Positions 26,824 through 38,265 are shown, counted from the whole stretch's first letter. The stretch is 39,259 nt of DNA, filler included, from an uncultured Methanosarcinales archaeon (GCA_964485195.1; 12 parts of 12 records of this genome joined end to end with filler, not necessarily neighbours in it); one strand, 5' to 3'. The notes: a model not told the origin generated them from the sequence alone. Numbers and translations are program-made.

Positions 26824-28227
26824 ATGAAAAATACTTTGAATAATACCAAAGTCAGGTCTCTTGGCTGTATCTTTTTTGGCTTATTTTTCTTAAGTGCGGG
26901 TCTTCCCTTGCTCTCAGCAAAAGTTCTCAATGACCAGCAGTGGAGAGAGGATCTGCGGTTTTTGGCTGATAAAGTAGCTCAGGAGCACCGGAATCCTTTT
27001 GACCGTGTATCTGCTGAGGTTTTCTGGAAAGAGGTTGAAAAATTGGACCGGCAAATCCCTTCCCTTGAGGACCATGAAATCATAGTGAGTATGGCCCGGC
27101 TGGCGGCCCTGATTCACGACGGCCACTCCCGATTAACCCTTCCTTTGGACCCTGAAGCCGGCACCGGTCAAAGCCACACTCAAACCCGGACCCCGGAGCA
27201 GGATCTCCGGTTTCATTTTCTTCCCCTCCGTCTTTATCTTTATTCTGACGGCCTCCATGTGCAGGAAGTGACCCCTGAATTCAAGGAGCTCCTGGGAGCC
27301 AGAGTGATCAAAGTGGGGGGCAAAAAAGCAGAGGAAGCTCTGGAAGCGGTTCGTCCTGTGGTTCATTATGACAGTGAGATGTGGTTTAAGCTCATCGCTC
27401 CCTCCATGCTGACTATCCCAGAAGTCCTCCATGCCCAAAATCTGAGCGGCAGCAAGGAAAAAGCCTCCTTTGTGTTTCAAACCAAAACCAATGAGAAAAA
27501 AAAATACACCCTCAATCCTCTGGATGCCGGAACCACAATCCGGTGGATCTCGGCAAATGAGGAATCTCAAAATCCTTTGCCTCTTTATTTGAAGAATCAA
27601 GAGGAAAATTTCTGGTACAAATACCTTGCCGATGAAAAGCTTATGTATGTTCAGGTTAACAGCATCCGGGACAAAAGCGAAGAGACCATCGCTCAATTTT
27701 CAAAAAGGCTTTTTGAATCCGTGAATTCCTGTGATGTTGAGAAGTTGGTTCTTGACCTCAGGCAGAATGGGGGAGGGAATAATTATCTAAACCGCCCCTT
27801 GGTCCTTTCTCTCATCCAGTCGGATAAAATCAATCAATACGGCAGGCTGTTCACAGTCATCGGAAGACGCACCTTTTCAGCCGCCATGAATTTAGTGACA
27901 GATATAGAAAAGTGGACTCAGGTCCTCTTTGTGGGAGAGCCTACCGGAAACGCACCCAGTCATTACGGAGATTCCCGGAAATTTGTTCTGCCCCACAGCC
28001 GGCTTACAGCCAGAATATCTTCGGTTTACTGGAGAGACTGGAGTGTGGATGAAAACAGACCCTGGGTGGCCCCGGATATAAGGGTTGAACTCTCCTCTGA
28101 AGAATACGCAGCAAATCAGGACCCGGTGCTTGACAAGATCATATCCTATAAGGCACCGGAAACGCTTTACGGCCAGCTTAAGGAAAAGATCGAGATGTCT
28201 GGAATTGAGGCTGCTGTGTCTCATTAC
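26824..28227 (+). CDS. S41-family peptidase-like secreted protein (3' truncated)
   Basis: Signal peptide; WREDL, DGHS, LVLDLRQNGGG, TFSAA, VGEPTG, PDI. Confidence 0.85.
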
Positions 28228-28357
28228 NNNNNNNNNNNNNNNNNNNNNNNNNNNNNNNNNNNNNNNNNNNNTTAATTAATTAANNNNNNNNNNNNNNNNN
28301 NNNNNNNNNNNNNNNNNNNNNNNNNNNATGTCGTCTGTTGACAACGCACGCTCCAGG

Positions 28358-28433
28358 AAATTCAGGTGTGGCTGAAGCGACATTGAAGAATGGCGTTAAA
28401 AATCTGAACGGAGCGCCAGCCATACCTGAATTT
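28358..28433. repeat. 76-bp element with 17-bp terminal inverted repeats (MITE-like)
   Basis: AAATTCAGGTGTGGCTG / CAGCCATACCTGAATTT, 16/17 complementary. Confidence 0.6.
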
Positions 28434-28497
28434 ATTTCTTGACTTTTTTATGCGATAAAAAATAGAATTGAGCCAAAGTTCGGAGGAGGAATATATA

Positions 28498-30273
28498 ATG
28501 GACACATTAGCACAGATGTTTCTTAATACCATCAAAGCCTATCCTAAACCGGATCTGATGCTTTATAAAGAAGAAGGAGAATACAAACCTATATCTACAG
28601 AAGAATTTAAAAACAGAGTGATTCATCTCTCCTTAGGTCTTCAGGAATTGGGCTTAAAAAAAGGAGACAAACTTGTTATCTTAGCTGAGAACTGTCCGGA
28701 ATGGGTGATAACAGATCTTGCCAACATATGTTTGGGAGGCATTACAGTTCCTATATATACTTCTCTTGTTCCAGAGCAAATCAAATACGTAATAAACAAT
28801 TCAGATGCCAAAGCCGTTGTTTGCTCTGATCTTTCTCTTTGGGAAAAAGTGAATTTTGTTAAAGATAAATTGAATAAGGTCGAAAATTTTATAGTGATTG
28901 GAGCTAAAGCTCCAGAAGGAACTGTGCTTTTATCAGAGGTGACTGAGAGAGGAAAAAAGTTATTTGAGAAAGAACCTGAATTGTTCCAAAAAACAGCTTC
29001 TAAAATTGAGGCTGAAGATATCGCTTCGATTATCTATACTTCGGGCACCACAGGCACTCCTAAAGGGGTGATGCTCACTCATTCCAATTTTATAAGCAAC
29101 AGTCAAGCTACCGCGAGTATCATTGAATTCACGGCTAAGGACACTGTTCTTTCCTTTCTCCCATTATCCCATGTGTTAGAACGGATGGTGACTTTCACCT
29201 ATTTATACAAAGGTTGTTCTATTGCCTATGCTGAGAGCATTGAAACTGTGGCTGAAAATCTTTTAGAGGTAAAACCACATATCATGGTCAGTGTCCCTAG
29301 GGTATTTGAAAAAATTTACGCGAAGGTCATGGATAATGTTCTCGAAGGTTCAGCCTTAAAGAGAAAGATATTTTTCTGGAGTGTTAAAATAGGTAAGCAG
29401 TACGCACAAAAGGAATTAAATAAAGAAAAGATTCCAAAGTGGCTGAGTTTTCGAAGAAATGTCGCTGAAAAGCTTGTTTTTTCCAAAATAGTTAGTCGTA
29501 CAGGGGGAAGAGTGAGGTTTTTTGTCTCTGGAGGCGCTCCACTTTCCAAAGATATTGCTGAATTCTTTTACGGGATGGGTTTGGTTGTTTTAGAAGGATA
29601 TGGATTGACAGAGAGCTCTCCTGTTATTGCTGTGAACACTCTTGAAGAACTCAAATTTGGATCTGTAGGGAAACCTATTCCCGGAGTCACTGTTAAGACA
29701 GAAGACGATGGAGAAATCTTAGCCAAGGGTCCTAACATAATGAAGGGTTATTATAAAGCGGAGGAAGAAACAGAAGAAGTTCTCAAACAAGGTTGGCTTC
29801 ATACAGGAGATATTGGATACTTGGATGAAGATAATTTTCTTTACATTACAGATAGAAAAAAGGATATTATCGTGACAGCCGGAGGGAAAAACATAGCTCC
29901 ACAGATGATAGAGAATCAATTGAAAACAAATCCTTTCATATCAAATGTTGTTATTATAGGAGACAAAAAAAGGTTTATTTCTGCTTTGATTGTTCCTACT
30001 TTTGAAAAACTGGAAGATTATGCCAAAGCCAGCGGTATTGAATATAAATCGCTAGAAGATCTGGTAGAAAATGAAAAAATCATAAACTTTATGATGTCAG
30101 AGATTGATAGATATTCAGCGAATTTTGCCACTTATGAAAGAGTCAAAAAGATTATTCTACTGGACAGGGATTTTGAAATAGAGAAAGGGGAATTGACTCC
30201 TTCACTGAAAGTAAGAAGAAATATTGTTGAAGATAAATACAAAGACAAGATAGATAAGCTTTATCAGGATTGA
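28498..30273 (+). CDS. fadD: Long-chain fatty-acid--CoA ligase
   Basis: YTSGTTGTPKG, LPLSHVLER, EGYGLTE, HTGDIG, DRKKD..GGKN; RBS GGAGG before ATG 28498. Confidence 0.92.
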   Translation: MDTLAQMFLNTIKAYPKPDLMLYKEEGEYKPISTEEFKNRVIHLSLGLQELGLKKGDKLVILAENCPEWVITDLANICLGGITVPIYTSLVPEQIKYVINNSDAKAVVCSDLSLWEKVNFVKDKLNKVENFIVIGAKAPEGTVLLSEVTERGKKLFEKEPELFQKTASKIEAEDIASIIYTSGTTGTPKGVMLTHSNFISNSQATASIIEFTAKDTVLSFLPLSHVLERMVTFTYLYKGCSIAYAESIETVAENLLEVKPHIMVSVPRVFEKIYAKVMDNVLEGSALKRKIFFWSVKIGKQYAQKELNKEKIPKWLSFRRNVAEKLVFSKIVSRTGGRVRFFVSGGAPLSKDIAEFFYGMGLVVLEGYGLTESSPVIAVNTLEELKFGSVGKPIPGVTVKTEDDGEILAKGPNIMKGYYKAEEETEEVLKQGWLHTGDIGYLDEDNFLYITDRKKDIIVTAGGKNIAPQMIENQLKTNPFISNVVIIGDKKRFISALIVPTFEKLEDYAKASGIEYKSLEDLVENEKIINFMMSEIDRYSANFATYERVKKIILLDRDFEIEKGELTPSLKVRRNIVEDKYKDKIDKLYQD

Positions 30274-30974
30274 TCTTTCCAGTAGAGTATCCTGCCGCAG
30301 TTTTCACACAATATGATTTCGTTGCCTTCTTTTAATTCATTGATAATTTGAGGGCGGATTCGTATTTGACATATAGAACAGAAATCATCAGTCACAGGGG
30401 ACAGGGCTATGCCGCTGTTACTTTTATATATGCTTTTATAAAGATTTAACTGGTCATCCGGGATCTGAGGTTCCACTTCTTTTTTTTCTTCAACAAGAAT
30501 TTGCTTTTTTTCTTCCATTTCTCTGCTTTCTTTTATGAGTTTTTCCTTTTCTTTGGAGAGCTTCTCCTCATCTTGCTTTGCTTTTAATTTGGCTTCCTCG
30601 ATCTCTTGCTCAATGTCATCTGAGGCCAACATCTCGCTTATTATTTCCTCTTCCAGATTTTCCACTTTATTTTTTGCCTCTTCGATTTCTTTTAGAAGAG
30701 ATTGGTATTCTTTATTGGTCTTGACATCGTTGAGCTGGCGCTGAAACTTGGCTATCTTTGTTTTTATGTCCTCAGCCTCAGAATCAAGTTCTCTTCGTCT
30801 TTTTTGGTTTTGGAGCAGCCTTTCTTTATGTTTTTCGACTTCCGAGAAGCTTTGTTCAATCTTTCTGTCAATCTCGTTTATTTGGGGGGGAGTTTTTTCG
30901 AGGAAAAGAGAAATGTCTTTGATTTTTTCATCTAGATTTTGAAGTTTGATTAAGTAGTTAAAACTATTAGCCAC
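30264..30974 (-). CDS. Coiled-coil C4 zinc-ribbon protein (DUF164/CT398-like)
   Basis: LQNLD, KTNKEYQSL..EI, CSIC..CENCGRILY. Confidence 0.92.
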   Translation of the reverse strand: MANSFNYLIKLQNLDEKIKDISLFLEKTPPQINEIDRKIEQSFSEVEKHKERLLQNQKRRRELDSEAEDIKTKIAKFQRQLNDVKTNKEYQSLLKEIEEAKNKVENLEEEIISEMLASDDIEQEIEEAKLKAKQDEEKLSKEKEKLIKESREMEEKKQILVEEKKEVEPQIPDDQLNLYKSIYKSNSGIALSPVTDDFCSICQIRIRPQIINELKEGNEIILCENCGRILYWKDQS

Positions 30975-30994
30975 ATCTTTTCCTCTTGAGAAAA

Positions 30995-31045
30995 TGGGCC
31001 TACCAGGATTCGAACCTGGGACCGACCGGTTATGAGCCGGTGGCT
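30995..31045 (-). tRNA. tRNA with CAT anticodon, probably tRNA-Ile2 (5' truncated)
   Basis: ACCGG-CTCATAA-CCGGT anticodon arm, CCAGG-TTCGAAT-CCTGG T-arm, TAGGCCC-A end; CCA not encoded; lacks the initiator GGG/CCC stem. Confidence 0.88.
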
Positions 31046-31210
31046 NNNNNNNNNNNNNNNNNNNNNNNNNNNNNNNNNNNNNNNNNNNNTTAATTAATTA
31101 ANNNNNNNNNNNNNNNNNNNNNNNNNNNNNNNNNNNNNNNNNNNNCTCTCCCCAGTGGATTTTATTATCTCTGGCTTCCTCAGATGGAGCACTAAAAAAG
31201 GCATAAAGCA

Positions 31211-31732
31211 AGCACGCCAACTTTTTGGAATAAATATGATAAGATAATCATATGTAATGGATTATCCAAATCTTACAGGCTTTCAGGATTGAGAGTGGGT
31301 TGGGTGGTGGCTCCCAAAAAAATAATCCAAAATCTATGGAAATACAAAGATTACACCACTATATCTATAAGTGCCTTGAGTGACAAACTGGCGCGTGCCG
31401 CCTTAAATCCCGATAATAGGAAAAAGATATTCAAACGAACCCGGAATATCATAAGGAATAATTATGAGACTCTTGAATCATGGATGAACCGTCAGGAAGG
31501 CCTTTTTAAATGTGTGCCATCCAAAGCAGGCGCTTTTAGCTTTCCTGGCTATGCTATCGATATAAATGCTTCAAAGCTAGCAGAAATAGCCCTTCGAGAG
31601 AAAAGCGTTCTGATCCAACCCAGTGACCACCAAAAAGTTGACTTTCACATCCGGATTGGTCTAGGCGAAAAACCAGAAAAATTCAAAAAAGTTTTGAAGC
31701 GGCTCCAAGAAGTTTTCCAAAAACTTTCTTAA
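31211..31732 (+). pseudogene. Class I/II aminotransferase, C-terminal remnant
   Basis: TPTFWNKYDKIIICNGLSKSYRLSGLRVGW (PLP-Lys motif); in-frame TAA at 31193 upstream, so the N-terminal half is absent. Confidence 0.7.
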
Positions 31733-31824
31733 CCTGACCTATTCATGAAATAATGGCGATGATCATTGTTTTGTTTTGCTTTCAAGGATATACATGGTTT
31801 TTATAAAAATGACGGCAGAAAATT

Positions 31825-32913
31825 TTATTCTTGATCAGCTTCAACTGTGATATTGACTTTTTTCTCCAAAGTTTTTCCTGAAATATTGTCCTTGAGTTCA
31901 ATCACAAAAGTGTATTGACCAGGTTCTATGTCCCGTGTCTCTTTTTTTTCCTCAACCACTTCGTCGCCTTTTTTTGTCTGGACCAGAACTGTTCTTTTAA
32001 GGTATAAGGGTTGACTTATAATCGGAGCATTATAGGTTCCTTCAGCATAACGGACAATCAATTCCCCGTCTTGAGTCAGTTCATATTGAGCAGTCAGATC
32101 GTATTTATTGGTTTCTGGATTAGGCTGGGCTCCGAATATATAGAAAAATACATCCAGAGAATCTCTTTGGGTGAATACATTTTCAAGAACAGGAACAATT
32201 TTCAGAACTGAATAGGTGAAAAATCCTTCATGGATTTTTGCGGTTGTCTCTGGAGACTCCATCTGCTCAATTTTACGGATAAAGAAAATAGGTGTTGTCC
32301 CTAAATTATCAGTAAAACTCTCAGGGGCAGGAAGTTCAAATTCATAATATTGAGTACCTATTTTTTGTAAATCCTTAGTTGTGATCGCCATGGCCAATAA
32401 ATATTTTCCTGGAGGAAGAGGATATCCTACAGTATACATAGATCCCTCTTCAGGGTCATAACTGTCTTTTTCTTCCTTGAGCTGAACAGAAACATATACT
32501 TCTTGGCTATAGTCCCCCTCCATCTGTTGAAACCAAAGAAATGCATTAAGCTCAGTCATAAGTATATCTGGTTCTGTGAAATCTTCTTGGGTTTCAGTTT
32601 CCTCTTCTTTTTCCGCTGTGGGTACATCTGAAGATGAAGCGAATCCAAGGTCTTTATTTTTAGCTTTAAAAAGAAAGATGCTGTAAATATCCTGCCTTGC
32701 GGGTAGATAGATATTCTCAAATATTTCAAAAGGAATATCCATTCGAGGGGTGCGGTTTTCAATTCCTTGTTCCAATTCAGCCTTGACTTGTTTAGGGATA
32801 AATATAGGTTCAGGTTCCTCTTCTTTTTCTTGAGCTGTTGCCGGAACAGGCTGGATCAATAGGACCATGATTCCCAGTATTAGCACTGTAAAAAACATTT
32901 TTTCTTTATTCAT
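31825..32913 (-). CDS. Secreted acidic hypothetical protein with Ig-like domains
   Basis: Signal peptide ending ATA-Q; LPPGKYLL and IEPGQYTF.IEL.D motifs. Confidence 0.85.
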   Translation of the reverse strand: MNKEKMFFTVLILGIMVLLIQPVPATAQEKEEEPEPIFIPKQVKAELEQGIENRTPRMDIPFEIFENIYLPARQDIYSIFLFKAKNKDLGFASSSDVPTAEKEEETETQEDFTEPDILMTELNAFLWFQQMEGDYSQEVYVSVQLKEEKDSYDPEEGSMYTVGYPLPPGKYLLAMAITTKDLQKIGTQYYEFELPAPESFTDNLGTTPIFFIRKIEQMESPETTAKIHEGFFTYSVLKIVPVLENVFTQRDSLDVFFYIFGAQPNPETNKYDLTAQYELTQDGELIVRYAEGTYNAPIISQPLYLKRTVLVQTKKGDEVVEEKKETRDIEPGQYTFVIELKDNISGKTLEKKVNITVEADQE

Positions 32914-33096
32914 TTTTCCATTTTTCCTCCTTGGGTAAAAACGTTGAATTACAGAACTCTTTTGAAGTTACTGAAGAAGTATCACTCCTTGAGCCTTTAA
33001 TATACCAAAAATCAAGAATATTTTCCATAGATGACTGATTTGTCCAGGAAAAAAATACTGATCAAAAAGACATACTAAAGACATACTATTAAACCC

Positions 33097-33768
33097 TCAG
33101 TGTCTCCAATAAATCATTTTCAGTTTATTGACCAGCTGTTTGGCTTTATAAAGGGCAAGAGTGGCTCTGGATAAGGAATAATCAGTGAGAAATTCTTCAG
33201 CCAATTTCTTATCCTTCTCATAAATCTTCAGTGCTGTCTCTTCGACTATTGGCTGCACAGCAAACTGAAGTTGTTCAAACGGATCCCCTTCAGAACGGAC
33301 AATTTTAATGGCTTTTTCATAATCAATATCCACCAAATTCTCAAGCGCATTAAACACATCCAAGGCAAAATGGGGATCAAACTCAAATCTTTGCTCGGGA
33401 TAATCAAAATGCCTGTTTAAATTCATTTCTTCCTCAATATCACCTGGTTTGTAATAAAGGTCAGGCAGTTCATTCTCTGATTCCAAATCAATATTTGCCT
33501 CTTTAACCAGACACTGAGCATACCATTGTCTGGGATCACCCCCATACTTTTCTTTAAAACTTCCTTCCCAGGAAGGGGGTGAAAAAGCTTTTTTAAAGCT
33601 GAGAGATTCCCCTGAGGAAGGGTCATGCCAACCTCTTTCAACCGCATAATCCACCAATCCGGGAGAGGCCATTACATTTTCAGTATCGCTAATATCAGCT
33701 TCAGATCCCACAACATGGATATTAAGAAGAAGAACGACCTGGTCATCCGGGCATTTTTGAGCGATCTA
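33097..33768 (-). pseudogene. Peptidase C69 (dipeptidase)-like remnant
   Basis: *IAQKCPDDQV (TAG where W is expected), YAVERGWHDP..F.KAF, C-terminal helical bundle; catalytic N-terminus and a central segment appear missing. Confidence 0.65.
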
Positions 33769-34088
33769 TAAAAACCAGTGCCGTCTTACTTGTTACCTTA
33801 GTTTTTCTTTAATAATTCTAAAAGTTTAAGGGCAGATAATATCTTTATTCCCATANNNNNNNNNNNNNNNNNNNNNNNNNNNNNNNNNNNNNNNNNNNNT
33901 TAATTAATTAANNNNNNNNNNNNNNNNNNNNNNNNNNNNNNNNNNNNNNNNNNNNAGTAGATCATTTATAGATCTAAAATCATACATCGTTAATCCTTGT
34001 TCTGAGATCAAAATGGGTTCTTTTTGTGTTCTGATAATATATAATAAACGTAAACAAAACACCCGGGGTCTTGTGGTTTTCCAATCCT

Positions 34089-34167
34089 GTCATTCCCGAA
34101 TGTTTGTATCGGGAATTTAGGGGAGAGGGTGCAGGGTGGATCCCCGACAGAGACACTCGGGGATGAC
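34089..34167. repeat. REP-like bipartite palindromic element
   Basis: GTCATTCCCGA..TCGGGAAT and ATCCCCGA..TCGGGGATGAC form two hairpins within outer GTCAT/ATGAC. Confidence 0.75.
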
Positions 34168-34336
34168 GGGAGAAGAGGTATAGAGAACAAAGATGTATTG
34201 TAAACTCTACTTGGAAAAGGAGTTCATATTATTTTCATTTTGTTCCCACGGTTTTCATAGGGATGGCAACAATCGATTGCGATACCGATTCCGATACCGA
34301 AGTTGAATAATAAAAAAAGATTATTAAGGGAGAAGC

Positions 34337-36376
34337 ATGTCTGAAAAAAAATATACCAATCGTCTCATACACCAATCCAGTCCTTATCTGAAGCAGCATG
34401 CGTACAATCCTGTGGACTGGTTTCCCTGGGGAGATGAAGCGTTCAGTCAGGCAGAAAAGCAGCAAAAGTTAGTAATCATCAGTATAGGATACAGCGCCTG
34501 TCACTGGTGCCATGTAATGGAAAAAGAAACGTTTTCTGATCCAAAGGCTGCTGAACTGATGAACAGCTCTTTTATTTCCATTAAAGTTGACCGGGAAGAA
34601 CGACCGGACCTGGACAGTATCTATATGAATGCTGTACAATTGATCACAGGTCAGGGAGGATGGCCGCTGAATATCATTGCTCTGGCAGATGGCCGTCCCT
34701 TTTATGCCGGCACTTATTTCCCCAGACAGGCCTGGATGTCTGTTCTTCGACAGATAATCAATCTGAATAACTCTCAGCCGGATAAAATCAAAGAGCAGGC
34801 TGAGGCAGTTCAGCAAGGTATTTCTAAACTGGAAGAGCTGAATATCAGTCCCAAAGAATCCGAATCTGTTTCTCTTAAAAAAGTAGTTACTTCTGCATCA
34901 GAGAGCATTCTTCAGCAGATGGATTTTTTAGAAGGGGGTACCAAAGGAAATCCCAAATTTCCCATGCCGGATTTACTTTCTTTTCTTCTTGAGTGCAATA
35001 CTTTCAGCCAGGTACCGAATACTGAAAAAGCAGCAGAAATTGTACATCTTACTCTGGAAAAGATGGCCGGAGGCGGAATTTTTGATCAGGTAGGCGGAGG
35101 ATTTGCCCGCTATTCGGTGGACAGTCATTGGAGAGTTCCCCATTTTGAGAAAATGCTGTATGACAATGCTCAGCTGTTAAGCCTTTATTCAGCAGCCTTT
35201 CGTCATAAAAATAACAGTGTATATAAAGATGTAGTGTACAGAACAGTCAGTTTTTTAAAACAGGAACTTTTTTCACCGGAGAATCTTTTTTACAGCTCAC
35301 TGGATGCTGACAGTGAGGGGCAGGAAGGTAAATTCTATGTGTGGACTGAAAAAGAGATTGATCAGTTGCTGGGGGATCGAGCAGCTCTTTTCAAGGAATA
35401 TTTTTCTATCCAGTCAGGAGGAAACTGGGAAAATGACTGGAACATTCTATACAGATCCAGGTCTGTAAGTGAAATCTGTAAAGATCACGGATTAAGTGAG
35501 GAGGAATGCAGGGATCAGATCAGTGCTGGTTTAAAAATACTGAACAAGGTACGTCAAAAACGGGTTAAACCTTCGGTTGATACAAAAAAAATAATTAGCT
35601 GGAATGCTCTTGCTGTAAAAGGAATTACAGATGCCTATATAACTTTCAGGGAAGATGAATATTTATCTTTAGCAACAAAGGTGATGAAACAGCTTCTGAA
35701 ATATGGTATAAATAAAGATGGGAGCATGACGAGACTTCTTACAGATCAAAATTCCACTTCTGCTTTTCTGGATGATTATGCACATGTCATACAGGCTCTT
35801 ATGGCACTCTATTCTGCAGATTTCAGGGAAGAATGGCTGTTCCGGGCTGAAGAGTTCACCCGGTATGCTGTTCAGCATTTTCATGATCCTAAATCTGCAC
35901 TGTTGTTTTATACTTCAGATACAGATCAGCCTCTCATTACCCGGCAGAGACAAACTGCTGATTCGGTTATTCCTTCTTCCAATGCAGTCATGGCACATAA
36001 TTTGTTTCTTCTTGGTCATTATTTCCAGAAAGAGGAATGGATAGAAAGATCCTCGGCTCTGCTCAATATTATGAAGGAATCAATGCATTCCAGGGCTCTT
36101 TATTCTGCCCGTTGGCACAGAGTACTGCTTCAGACGGTGTTTCCCTTCTGGCAGGTCTCTGTTTCAGGGGAAACTTTCCAGAAGAAAATTTCTTTTCTGC
36201 AAAAACAGTTTCTGCCCAATGTTTTGTTTTCCGGCAGTGATGGAAAAGGCAAGTTACCTATAGTTCAGGATAAAAAAAGTACTTCTCACACTCCAATTTA
36301 TCTGTGCAGGGATAAGACCTGTCTAAAACCGATTGAAAATGCAGAAGAAGCATTGGAGGTTATAAGGAAAAAGTAA
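34337..36376 (+). CDS. yyaL: Thioredoxin-domain protein, YyaL/SSP411 (DUF255) family
   Basis: [52 protein letters not shown]. Confidence 0.95.
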   Translation: MSEKKYTNRLIHQSSPYLKQHAYNPVDWFPWGDEAFSQAEKQQKLVIISIGYSACHWCHVMEKETFSDPKAAELMNSSFISIKVDREERPDLDSIYMNAVQLITGQGGWPLNIIALADGRPFYAGTYFPRQAWMSVLRQIINLNNSQPDKIKEQAEAVQQGISKLEELNISPKESESVSLKKVVTSASESILQQMDFLEGGTKGNPKFPMPDLLSFLLECNTFSQVPNTEKAAEIVHLTLEKMAGGGIFDQVGGGFARYSVDSHWRVPHFEKMLYDNAQLLSLYSAAFRHKNNSVYKDVVYRTVSFLKQELFSPENLFYSSLDADSEGQEGKFYVWTEKEIDQLLGDRAALFKEYFSIQSGGNWENDWNILYRSRSVSEICKDHGLSEEECRDQISAGLKILNKVRQKRVKPSVDTKKIISWNALAVKGITDAYITFREDEYLSLATKVMKQLLKYGINKDGSMTRLLTDQNSTSAFLDDYAHVIQALMALYSADFREEWLFRAEEFTRYAVQHFHDPKSALLFYTSDTDQPLITRQRQTADSVIPSSNAVMAHNLFLLGHYFQKEEWIERSSALLNIMKESMHSRALYSARWHRVLLQTVFPFWQVSVSGETFQKKISFLQKQFLPNVLFSGSDGKGKLPIVQDKKSTSHTPIYLCRDKTCLKPIENAEEALEVIRKK

Positions 36377-36404
36377 AAAGGAAAAAGGAAAAATTAGCCA
36401 CGGA

Positions 36405-36474
36405 TTCATCCCGTTGGATAGACTTGTTTCTAAATATAAATCCTGAGACTGATAAAAATATCCTACGGGGTGAA
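36405..36474. mobile_element. 70-bp MITE-like element with 16-bp inverted repeats
   Basis: TTCATCCCGTTGGATA / TATCCTACGGGGTGAA, 14/16 complementary; sits inside a CACGGATT/CACAGATT repeat tract. Confidence 0.6.
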
Positions 36475-36671
36475 CACGGATTCACACAGATTATAATTAT
36501 TTTTTAATTCCGTGAAGATCTGGTACGCCAAGAGGCGTTTATATATCAGTTGGTGAAATTCCAACCCGTCANNNNNNNNNNNNNNNNNNNNNNNNNNNNN
36601 NNNNNNNNNNNNNNNTTAATTAATTAANNNNNNNNNNNNNNNNNNNNNNNNNNNNNNNNNNNNNNNNNNNN

Positions 36672-36726
36672 TTAGCCAGTTATATCAAAGTGTAAACAAA
36701 TTTTTGTTTACAGTTTACAGTTTACA
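36672..36726. repeat. 55-bp sequence identical to 15797-15851
   Basis: Exact match; here the palindrome extends as ATCAAAGTGTAAAC / GTTTACACTTTGAT to 36733. Confidence 0.9.
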
Positions 36727-37464
36727 CTTTGATTCTTACAAAAATAGGTCATTGTAAAAGGCAAGCATAAAGCTAAAAACTATCAAATTTTCTCACTCAA
36801 GAAAGAATTAGTCATGGAGTAAAACGGGGAAATGGGTCTTGTGCCTCTGTATTTTAATGATAAAATACCTTGACAGGCTTAAATAAAAACACAAAAATAT
36901 TTAAAACCCGGACTAGAGAAAAGGAACCGTTCGAAAATGACTTCTTGAGTTATCCATACTTATATTCCTGATATTCCTGATATCTCTTCTTGGCACTCAT
37001 CCGACTTACGCATCAAATAAAGGCATGTTCTGGGGCCAGGTTCTTGACTCAGAGCAAAATCCTTTAAAGGGATTAAAGGATAAGAATTTGGTTTTTCTAT
37101 TGATGATGTTCACTCCATTTCACCAAATTTCCGCCCTCCAAACGACTTTATCACCAATAATACACACAAAAACACGTTTGGTCAAAAAGAAACCCACAGA
37201 AAATAGAGAACATCAGAAAATCAGTCTTAGTAGGGCTTAGAAAGAAGGGAAGGCGGCAGCCGCGCCAGGCGAGAGTCAGTTTTAAGATCAAGTGGTAGGC
37301 AAGTCTTATATTTCCATGTGCTCCGTTCTTGAAATGATCTCGTCCTGAAGGTCTTTATTCAGGTCTCAGAAATAATCGCTCTGAGACTGCGGTCAAATAT
37401 GATGACTACCGCTTTTTCACTGTAAGCGCTGAGGTTAAAGGCTGAGGCTAAGGGCCGGTCCGAT

Positions 37465-37635
37465 ATGTATAAACTGGAAGTGTTTGATGAAGACGGTTTA
37501 CTCCTTCAGGAAATCCCTCTCAATCACTCCTGTCACGGCATCCGAGCCAGTGGAGACCAGCTTCTGCTCTTAGATTATAGTGAGAGCAAGGTTTATCAGT
37601 ATGAGATTGTTGGAAGAGAGAAAATTTTAAATTGA
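37465..37635 (+). pseudogene. C-terminal remnant of a 6-bladed beta-propeller gene
   Basis: MYKLEVFDEDGLLLQEIPL..GIRASGDQLLLLD..KVYQYEIV resembles a last propeller blade. Confidence 0.55.
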
Positions 37636-37659
37636 CATAGATGCCATAATTGCTATAAT
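37632..37659 (+). promoter_or_regulatory. Consensus sigma70 promoter of abiE operon
   Basis: TTGACA-16 bp-TATAAT with TGn extension. Confidence 0.75.
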
Positions 37660-37671
37660 ATGATAGTAAAT

Positions 37672-38265
37672 ATGGAACCTATAACAAAAGCTAAAGCAAT
37701 AAAGATTCTGCATCAAAAAAAAGTCACATTTTTTGACGTCACTGACGCCAGTAAAATATTCGAAACAAAAAAAATTAAGACTCTTTATGAACTCTTGCAA
37801 AGACTGGAAAAAGAGGGAGTGATTCAGAGAATCATTAAGGGCCGATACCATTTTTCTTTAAGGGAGTATAATGATTTTGAATTAGCTAACTTCTTGGTCA
37901 ATCCCTCCTATATTTCTTTAGAAAGCGCTCTTTCTTTCTATGGGATTTTATCTCAATTTCCCTACACAGTTACATCAATCACTCCCTTGAAACCGAGACG
38001 CATCACTTATCAAGAAAAAGAATATGAATTCTCTCATTTAGAGAGTAAGTATTTTTTTGGTTTTGTAAAAAAGCATAAATTCTTAATAGCAACGCCTGAA
38101 AAGGCTTTATTGGATGAGCTTTATTTTATGGCAAAAAAATTAAGAAGAGTACATGTGAGAGACCTAAACTTTGATCCTGTTGATAAAAAAAAGTTTGAAG
38201 AATTGTATAAAAAGCATAAATTTATTCCTTTACGGAAATTAGTCAAAAAATTAGGAATATGTTAG
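37672..38265 (+). CDS. abiEi: Type IV TA antitoxin, AbiEi family
   Basis: N-terminal wHTH (RLEKEG.I.RI.KG.Y), PSYISLESALSFYG, IATPEKALLD; start moved to 37672 because ATG 37660 abuts the -10 box. Confidence 0.9.
   Translation: MEPITKAKAIKILHQKKVTFFDVTDASKIFETKKIKTLYELLQRLEKEGVIQRIIKGRYHFSLREYNDFELANFLVNPSYISLESALSFYGILSQFPYTVTSITPLKPRRITYQEKEYEFSHLESKYFFGFVKKHKFLIATPEKALLDELYFMAKKLRRVHVRDLNFDPVDKKKFEELYKKHKFIPLRKLVKKLGIC

Noticed and set aside
17250..28227. CPBP protease, ABC permease or S41 peptidase as processing/export genes of the RiPP
   Set aside because: All lie on separate contigs from the rSAM locus
4148..36671. Eleven regularly recurring TTAATTAATTAA motifs flanked by N runs
   Set aside because: Artificial 100-nt contig linkers with stops in all frames; ORFs running into X residues and cross-linker gene clusters are artefacts
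36727..37460. Long non-coding stretch with a 71-aa ORF at 37025-37240
   Set aside because: No recognisable protein motif or convincing RNA structure; probably a mosaic of remnants
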